The notes beneath the pieces are model-generated. The model saw only the letters and a list, made by a program, of their open reading frames with translations, did no database searches and was not told the origin of the DNA. Positions 57,771-64,000 of a DNA stretch of 64,000 nt are shown here, one piece after another. Numbering within the stretch: the stretch's first letter is position 1; each line of letters begins with the position of its first letter. The position numbers and the translations under genes were made by a program. The stretch lies in contig CAVOGR010000002.1 of the NCBI GenBank assembly GCA_963695555.1, forward strand, positions 256,001-320,000, given 5' to 3'. The stretch comes from an uncultured Gemmatimonadales bacterium (GTDB lineage: Bacteria; Gemmatimonadota; Gemmatimonadetes; Gemmatimonadales; GWC2-71-9).

Positions 57771-58772
57771 ATGGAGACCCGCACATCCGAGCGCTCGACC
57801 CGCCCGGCCATCGACCTGACCCATGCGCCGCTGGGCGAACGCGTCCAAGAACCGTTTGTCGTCGTCGCGGTCGATCACCGCGGAATCGATGAACCGTTCA
57901 CGGTGCTTACTCTCGGCAACCGCACCGGACGGATCGAGACGGCCCCGTTTTGGCTGAAAGACCTGCCCCGTGTGACCGGCATCGTGAAGGGCGACGTGGC
58001 CCAGGTCATCGGAGAGATCGCCTCGTATCACGACCGGCGACAGCTCAAGGTCAGTTCACTTCGCGTGCTGCCGAAAGACATGGTCGATTGGTCCGACCTG
58101 CTGCCGTCGATCGGGGATACTGGTCCCTATTGGGATGCGGCGGATCGGTGGCGGTCGACGATCGTCCGCCCCAGGCTGCGGGCGGTGATCGACCTGTTCT
58201 TCGCGGACCCGGAGTTTCGCCTACGCTTCGGAGCCTGCCCCGCAAGCCTGAACGAGCACCACGCCGCCCTGGGCGGGGTGCTGGTGCATACGGTGGAGGT
58301 GGCGAGGATTGCCCGGACAATTGCCCGGGTGTGCCATGCCGAAGTCGATGTGGCCGTGGCCGGGGCCTTGCTTCACGATATCGGAAAGACCGAGGCCTAC
58401 CGCTGGTCGGGAGGATTCGATCTCTCCGAGCGTGGGACCTTGCACGGCCCACAGGTGCTTGGAGCGGACTTGCTCGCTCAGCGGGTCCGGTCCGTCACGG
58501 CACCGGCCTGCACCGAGCACGAGCTGGCTCTCCTGCAGCACTTGGTGCTTGCGCAGTCGGATACGCGTCCGCATCGCTCTCCCGTGGTTCCGGCAACCCT
58601 CGAGGCCTTGGTCATCCATCACGCAGACCGAGCCAGTGCCCAAACCGCAGGGCTAGCCGAGGCGCCCCCTTGGGGGACAGGCGCGCCGGGCGATCTCTTG
58701 ATCACATTGGCGAACGTCCGAGGCCCCGACGGGCAGCAGGTGTTTCGTGGGGCCAGCGATTGGGGGGCGTAG
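57771..58772 (+). CDS. OB-fold + HD-domain protein (YhaM/Cbf1-like)
   Basis: N-terminal OB fold (LTLGNRTGRIE), PA...HHAALGGVLVHT, LLHDIGK, EALVIHHAD. Confidence 0.82.
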   Translation: METRTSERSTRPAIDLTHAPLGERVQEPFVVVAVDHRGIDEPFTVLTLGNRTGRIETAPFWLKDLPRVTGIVKGDVAQVIGEIASYHDRRQLKVSSLRVLPKDMVDWSDLLPSIGDTGPYWDAADRWRSTIVRPRLRAVIDLFFADPEFRLRFGACPASLNEHHAALGGVLVHTVEVARIARTIARVCHAEVDVAVAGALLHDIGKTEAYRWSGGFDLSERGTLHGPQVLGADLLAQRVRSVTAPACTEHELALLQHLVLAQSDTRPHRSPVVPATLEALVIHHADRASAQTAGLAEAPPWGTGAPGDLLITLANVRGPDGQQVFRGASDWGA

Positions 58773-58790
58773 GTCCGCATAGACCAGATA

Positions 58791-58834
58791 CAAAAGAGGG
58801 ACGGCCGTCTGGCTCTTAACCAAACGACCGTCCC
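58791..58834 (-). terminator. Intrinsic terminator, minus strand
   Basis: 15-bp stem 58798-58812/58820-58834 whose two mismatches are G-U only on minus, followed by TCTTTT. Confidence 0.75.
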
Positions 58835-59215
58835 ACACATCAGCTACCCGAGGCCGGGGCTCGCGCCGCCGTTCTTCTCCCACCCGCCGCCGCTTGGCTG
58901 ATGCGCCGATCGGTAGGGCTAGGTGAGGCCTCAGCTTCCATCCCCAGGCCGGATGGCCCTCCCACCTGGTTCGTTGATGCGAGCGCTGCGAGTCAGATCG
59001 GGTCGCGGACCGACCTTTCGCACTGCACCCCGAGGCGCCACATCGGGGTGGATGAAGCGCGCGACTGGCTTCATCCGCCTCGGTCGAGGTGATCACCGGA
59101 ATCAAACGGCCGCCTGAGCCCTTGGTGCTTGGCAACCTCTCCCGATAACTCGCCGAAGCTCACTCGCCGGTCGTACCCAGAATTCAGGGATCCCAAGCCG
59201 GTCCCAACGAGTGAC
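58835..59215 (-). ncRNA. Candidate large structured non-coding RNA, family not recognised
   Basis: No credible ORF; at least eight helices; flanked by a promoter-like sequence and a terminator. Confidence 0.6.
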
Positions 59216-59221
59216 GACCCA

Positions 59222-59249
59222 AAGATAAGGCCCAGGCAAAACGGCACAA
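59222..59249 (-). promoter_or_regulatory. sigma70-like promoter for the candidate ncRNA
   Basis: TTGTGC-N16-TATCTT on minus. Confidence 0.45.
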
Positions 59250-59283
59250 GTGCCTGTCTTTCTTCGGGTTACGCGATTCGGTC

Positions 59284-59376
59284 TGTGGATAGATGTGGAG
59301 CATTAAGCCCTGATATCGGTATCAGGTAGGGGGGCTCTCCACAGGGTGTGGAGATGTTGATTACTGCTTCTCCACA
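59284..59376. promoter_or_regulatory. Cluster of DnaA-box-like 9-mers
   Basis: TGTGGATAG 59284, TGTGGAGCA 59294, CTCTCCACA 59335, TGTGGAGAT 59347, TTCTCCACA 59368. Confidence 0.5.
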
Positions 59377-59423
59377 CCTGGTGATAGATGGTTGCCGAAG
59401 GTGCCGCGGTTGTGGAGTGGTCC

Positions 59424-60032
59424 TCAGGACTCGAGACCGACCTCGATATATCGGAACGACGAGTCCAGTTCGGTCGGGAGGAACAAGCACCCTGCGGAGC
59501 CAGCGGCGAACCACCCGCCGAGCAACGCCCGGGGAACATCGAGTTCCTGGATCACCGGACCCAACCAGCGGCGCAGGTGCCGCACCTCGGGGGCCCGCCG
59601 CGCCAGGACCGACAGCAGGGCCCCACCGCCGGGTGTCGCACGGAGAAAATGTGCCAGCGCATGGGCGCGCTGTCTGAATTCCACGGCCTTGACGCCCGGT
59701 TCGTCGAACAGCACGGCTCCCTCCAGCAGAGCGGTGGGCGGGGCGTCGAGCCGCGGGCCGAGATACACGTATTGGCGCGACTTCTTGATCTTACGCTCTA
59801 CTACCGCGGCACCGGTCTCGCTCGTGAGCCGCGCCGCATGCAGCTGGTCGTCGTCGTGCAGGATGCCGACTGCCGCCGTCCATTCGAGGGCCGAAAGGGC
59901 GGATTCGATGGGACAGCCTCCATCGTCGGTGGCGACTAGCCTCGGCGCTTCCCCGGCACGAAGCATGAAGTGCGCAAGGCCTTCGGCCCGGTCCATAAAT
60001 GTCCGGACGACAAGAATTTGTGGCAGAGTCAT
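59424..60032 (-). CDS. Hypothetical protein (202 aa)
   Basis: GAGG + ATG; internal repeat RAEGLAHFMLRA / RAHALAHFLRA. Confidence 0.72.
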   Translation of the reverse strand: MTLPQILVVRTFMDRAEGLAHFMLRAGEAPRLVATDDGGCPIESALSALEWTAAVGILHDDDQLHAARLTSETGAAVVERKIKKSRQYVYLGPRLDAPPTALLEGAVLFDEPGVKAVEFRQRAHALAHFLRATPGGGALLSVLARRAPEVRHLRRWLGPVIQELDVPRALLGGWFAAGSAGCLFLPTELDSSFRYIEVGLES

Positions 60033-60124
60033 TCCTCAAACCTAAGGCCGCAGCACCGTAAATTCTACGTGCGCCACCGACCGGTGCGGCGCGAGCCGCT
60101 CACCACAGGCGTCTGCCCCCAACG

Positions 60125-62107
60125 TCAGGGCACGGCGGCCGGCCGGGGCTCCACCCGGACGATCCAGAGCCCCGAGTTCATGTCCGGCACGTAGATCCGG
60201 CCATCCCGGTAGATCGCCCCCCACGCCATGGGGGAGTTGGGCATCGTCGCGTTGGGGTCGCCGGTGTAGACGTGCGCGATTTGTCGTCCCTGCCGGAGCA
60301 GGTCGCCCCTCAGCTCGCCTGAGATGTCGAGCACACGGAGCCCGCCTTGGTAGTCGCCGAGGTACAGCGTATCGCCGGCCACCCAGATGTTGTGCGCGCC
60401 TCCGTCTCTGGGCTCGTAGTACGCCACCTCCCGCGGGTTGAGCAGGTCCGACACATCGACGACGTGCAATCCGCCGTACGGACGGCCCAATCCTAGAACC
60501 GTTGGGCCCGTGAGCGGCGATGGTGTCGCGGCGAACACCTCGTCGCCGACAAAGACATACCGGCCATGTCGCCAGGCGGTATGGGTGCCCCGAATGAAGC
60601 CCGGCCCGCCCACGGCCTCGACATCTCGATACAGCCGATCGAGGTCATACTTGAACTGCGATACCAGCTGCGGGTTCTCCGCGGTTCCGCCCCGGATGCC
60701 GTTGCCAACATCCAGGATCACGAGGCCGTCATTCCAGTAGCTCAGATAGGCCAAACCGTCCTGCACATCGATATCATGCAACATCCGTCCTGCGGGTGCG
60801 CGGGGCACTTCCCAGCGTGCGACCTGCCGCGGACTGTAAGGGTTCCGAATGTCGATCACACGCATCGAGCCGGTCGCGTCGTCTGTCAGGTACACATGGC
60901 CGCGGTAGACGAAGGCGCTGTGGACACCTCCCGTGACCGTCTCGGTGAATTCGGCGATTGCCTTGGGGTGGGCCGGATCCTCGAAGGAGAGAATCACGAT
61001 GCCGTTCTGTCTCGTCGAGGCCCCTTCACGGGTCATGACGCCGAACTTGCCGTCTTCGGTTGTCATGACGTCGTTGATGTGCCGTGCGTCAACCACCACC
61101 GAGTCCGTGATGTGGGGAGCGCCCGGATTGGACAGGTCAATGGCGTAGAGTCGGTCCCCAACCGTAGTCAGATAGCCATATTGCCCGTTGGGGTGAAGCC
61201 AGAATTCGGCGGCGGTCCCCGCGACGGGTTGCCGACCCACGAGCGCAGCCGACCGGACCACGTTCCGCGCCGACGCTTCGACTCTCGCCTCTGCGGTGCG
61301 TCCGGCAAATGTCGCGACGACGCGATAGGATCCCGGCACTTCAGCCACAAACATCCCATCGGGATCGACCAGTGCGTGCCCCGGGCTCACCGCCCACTCG
61401 GGACTGGCGTCTGCCAGCAGATTGCCGGCTGCGTCGCGTGCCCGAAACGTGAACGCCACGACATCGCCCGTTCGGACGGTTGCACTGGGGGGGTCTAATT
61501 CGATCGACGCCACGGGATTGGCGTTGACCCGGAGCGACATCCGCTCAACCACGGTTCCCACCCGCGCGGACAGGGTTGCCCGGCCGGGCCTGAGCGCGGC
61601 AAGCCTCCCGGCGGATGTCACCGCCACCACTCCTGGAGCATCGGATTCCCAGAGCACCTCGTCATACCGGCGGTCGCCGTCGGCCGAATATGGGATGGCA
61701 CGGACCTGTGCTGATTGCCCGACATAGAGCATCGCGAGGGCGGGCTCGAGTGCGATCCGAGATGCCGGCCGGGGCACGATCCGCACGTCAGCAAAGCCTG
61801 TCGCTGGCGCCCCACCTGCACGACGGCTTACCAAGGCCGAGATGCGGAGAGTTCCGGTTGACCCGCCCGTCACCAGACCAGTCGAATCCACGGCTCCTTC
61901 GAATTGGCCGCCGGATTGAAACCAGCGGACGCGGATATCGCGAAGCCTGGCTCCGGATGAATCGTACGCCGCGACAGTGAGTCGAATGGTGTCGCCCACT
62001 ACAATGGCAATGTCACGGGGCTCAATGTCGACCCGGGCCACAGACTGGGACGTTGGCGAGGGTGCCACCTGTTGAAGCGCGACGAGGAGAAGAGCTGCGG
62101 AAACCAT
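60125..62107 (-). CDS. Secreted protein with Ig-like (Big_2) domains and LVIVD-repeat beta-propeller
   Basis: Signal peptide; three Ig-like units (W.S....VAV...G); repeats GLVILDV, GLHVVDVSD, GLRVLDIS, GLWIV. Confidence 0.85.
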   Translation of the reverse strand: MVSAALLLVALQQVAPSPTSQSVARVDIEPRDIAIVVGDTIRLTVAAYDSSGARLRDIRVRWFQSGGQFEGAVDSTGLVTGGSTGTLRISALVSRRAGGAPATGFADVRIVPRPASRIALEPALAMLYVGQSAQVRAIPYSADGDRRYDEVLWESDAPGVVAVTSAGRLAALRPGRATLSARVGTVVERMSLRVNANPVASIELDPPSATVRTGDVVAFTFRARDAAGNLLADASPEWAVSPGHALVDPDGMFVAEVPGSYRVVATFAGRTAEARVEASARNVVRSAALVGRQPVAGTAAEFWLHPNGQYGYLTTVGDRLYAIDLSNPGAPHITDSVVVDARHINDVMTTEDGKFGVMTREGASTRQNGIVILSFEDPAHPKAIAEFTETVTGGVHSAFVYRGHVYLTDDATGSMRVIDIRNPYSPRQVARWEVPRAPAGRMLHDIDVQDGLAYLSYWNDGLVILDVGNGIRGGTAENPQLVSQFKYDLDRLYRDVEAVGGPGFIRGTHTAWRHGRYVFVGDEVFAATPSPLTGPTVLGLGRPYGGLHVVDVSDLLNPREVAYYEPRDGGAHNIWVAGDTLYLGDYQGGLRVLDISGELRGDLLRQGRQIAHVYTGDPNATMPNSPMAWGAIYRDGRIYVPDMNSGLWIVRVEPRPAAVP

Positions 62108-62376
62108 GCAAACCTCGAATCGGGACAGAGAGGGCCGGAGCGGCACAATTGGCCGAGCGGCTAATCTATGCCCACGGTCCGCGTCCCGCGACTGCCTGGT
62201 ATGTCACCCTCGAATCGAACCGGTCAGGAGGTGTGCGACGGCGTTATCGTTCCACGCTCACCGCAGCCGGCGCCGCTCGCCGTGGTATCGGACTGCCGCT
62301 TTCGACCAGGAAGAGGCTGGCCGCGAGCAGAGGGACACGCCTACATCGGGCCACGCCACAGAGATCCAGAAACAGC

Positions 62377-64000
62377 TTACTCACCACCCCCCGTCTGCGA
62401 CACGACGGCATACCGTTCCGCCCACGGCCGGCCGTTGGCATCACGAACAGCGGCCAGCGCCGGGGTCGGGGTCGTGAGTTCTAGTTCCAGACCTGGCGGC
62501 AGTTTCTCCAAGGTGAGCGCATCCGGAAACGGGCTGCCGCGCATCCGGTAGATCAGGTCGCCGCGGCGGAGCTCCAGACGCTCGAGTCCTTCCCACTGCG
62601 GCGTCTGGCGCGAAATGGTCATGATGTGCATGCCGTCCAACTCGAGCCATGTCTCCGTCTCGAAGTACATTCCCGGGGCCCGCGAGATGTATGTGGCCTG
62701 CTCCAGTTGCGCGTAATAGTGGAATCCGTGGGCGAATCCCCCATCGAGCAAGACCACGGCGGTCCTTCCTTCGCGTGCAATATTGCGCAGATCCGCAAAG
62801 AAGGCAGGAAAGCCCTCCCCGTCGAAGTTCCCCTTCCCAAAGCCACCCACCCCGAGGTTACCAAGGAGCTTGCCGCTGGGGTTGTAGGTCCAGTACAAGA
62901 GTGCCCCGGTCGGCATGAACCCGTCATGGGTTCGGAACGAAGGTCCGACGAGCGGATTGATGAGCTTGTTGGGTATGAAGTGCCCCAACCCGACGAACAA
63001 GTGGACGTTGACCAACAGGAGCACTGTTGCCCAAGCACGCGAGGGCCGAAGGATGCGAGTAGTGACCTGTACGAGATCCGTGACCCCCACGGCCGTACAC
63101 AAAGCAATGGGCATGGCGGTCAGCAAAAAGTATCGTGGAGTGGTGGTCGACCCGTAATAGAAGAGGACCGGCACGGCACACCACGCAACGACGAACCCCC
63201 ACACCATTCTCCGCTCCGCCAACAACTGGCGAAACCCAACGAACGCCACCAGGAGAGGAATTGGGGAAATCGCCCAGACGAGATACTCCCAGAACATTGT
63301 AGGATACCAACGATTGAAAATGTGGAGGGCGATTTCCGTTCCCATGCTATCGGTACGGGGGTCGAAGGCGAGCGCGAGAACGTACGGGACCGCGATGGCC
63401 ATCGAGGTAAGCGCCGCGCGCGCGATGGCGGCGCCCCGTCGGTCGGGGTGGTTCACCCAGATCAGGTACGCCACCACTGGCGCAACCAGAATCGCGTCCG
63501 CTCGAACGATGACCGCCAGCCCGAACAGTATGAGGCTCAGGGTCTCGGCCGCCACACGGGGGCGGTTGGACAGGATTGCCACGGCCACCGCGATCATCGC
63601 AGTCTGGAGCATCAGGGAGTTACCGTACTGCGCGCTCGTCCAGACGATCGGGTTGACCGTGAGCACGGCGGCCATCAGCCACCGTTCCTGCGCTGTGAGG
63701 GCATGGCGCAGCGTGAACAGTCCGGCCAGCGGGATCACGGCGCCGCTCACCGCCGAGACGACCTTCATGATGTACGGAATGAGCCCGACTTGAGCCCCCA
63801 ACAGCACATCCACCACTTCGATGAATCGGTAGTAGCCGAGCTGTGGTGCATAGCGGTAGAGCCCCCCGCCAATGCTGTCGCGCACCAACGCCGCCGTGCC
63901 GGCGGCGAGGGACAACTCGTCCTCCTCCCAGAAGTACTGGAAATGGACGGCCAGCAGGCGGGCGGCGAGGAGGAGGACGAAGAATACGACCGCTCCAAGA
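62377..64000 (-). CDS. Polytopic membrane protein, probable GT-C glycosyltransferase; 5' end outside the window
   Basis: Frame open to the window edge (LGAVVFFVLLLAARLLAVHFQYFWEEDELS): acidic DE after the first helix, many TM segments, PRYFLL motif. Confidence 0.7.
   Translation of the reverse strand, partial: LGAVVFFVLLLAARLLAVHFQYFWEEDELSLAAGTAALVRDSIGGGLYRYAPQLGYYRFIEVVDVLLGAQVGLIPYIMKVVSAVSGAVIPLAGLFTLRHALTAQERWLMAAVLTVNPIVWTSAQYGNSLMLQTAMIAVAVAILSNRPRVAAETLSLILFGLAVIVRADAILVAPVVAYLIWVNHPDRRGAAIARAALTSMAIAVPYVLALAFDPRTDSMGTEIALHIFNRWYPTMFWEYLVWAISPIPLLVAFVGFRQLLAERRMVWGFVVAWCAVPVLFYYGSTTTPRYFLLTAMPIALCTAVGVTDLVQVTTRILRPSRAWATVLLLVNVHLFVGLGHFIPNKLINPLVGPSFRTHDGFMPTGALLYWTYNPSGKLLGNLGVGGFGKGNFDGEGFPAFFADLRNIAREGRTAVVLLDGGFAHGFHYYAQLEQATYISRAPGMYFETETWLELDGMHIMTISRQTPQWEGLERLELRRGDLIYRMRGSPFPDALTLEKLPPGLELELTTPTPALAAVRDANGRPWAERYAVVSQTGGGE

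Noticed and set aside
58653..59135. 160-aa ORF within the candidate ncRNA
   Set aside because: Arg/Ala/Pro-rich, no motif, and it runs through the terminator into the antisense of the HD gene
59284..59419. Replication origin
   Set aside because: Boxes are degenerate, with no AT-rich unwinding element and no origin-linked genes

Overview
This is a GC-rich bacterial chromosome segment; gene content and style suggest Gemmatimonadota, which is an inference. Most of it is housekeeping: a Ser/Thr kinase (5'-truncated), a fused 2-oxoacid dehydrogenase E1, a sigma54-driven minor pilin cluster, rsgA, proline dehydrogenase, fadJ/fadI, glpD, a Kgd/OdhA-type 2-oxoglutarate dehydrogenase, tkt-tal-gltP, glnA, mqnD and lemA-htpX. 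An accessory patch (~32.5-44.9 kb) lies 3' of tRNA-Cys. It holds an integron gene cassette with an attC site but no integrase, several gene remnants, an alpha-carbonic anhydrase, a CPA2-TrkA-EIIA fusion and a molybdopterin oxidoreductase pair. Three signals stand out. (1) A complete GEMM-I cyclic-dinucleotide riboswitch at 13762-13852 carries A instead of G at the specificity position (the 3',3'-cGAMP-type variant), with a sigma54 promoter and a readable terminator/antiterminator switch. An HD-GYP enzyme with the RxxQ variant motif lies at 52222-53268. Together these suggest cGAMP signalling. (2) An ORF-free, multi-stem ~420-nt minus-strand unit at 58791-59215 has its own promoter and terminator, and I cannot assign it to a known RNA family. 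(3) A second stand-alone structured RNA (6S-like) lies at ~31521-31735. Several single-base frameshifts look like long-read consensus errors. All calls come from reading the sequence; no searches were run.
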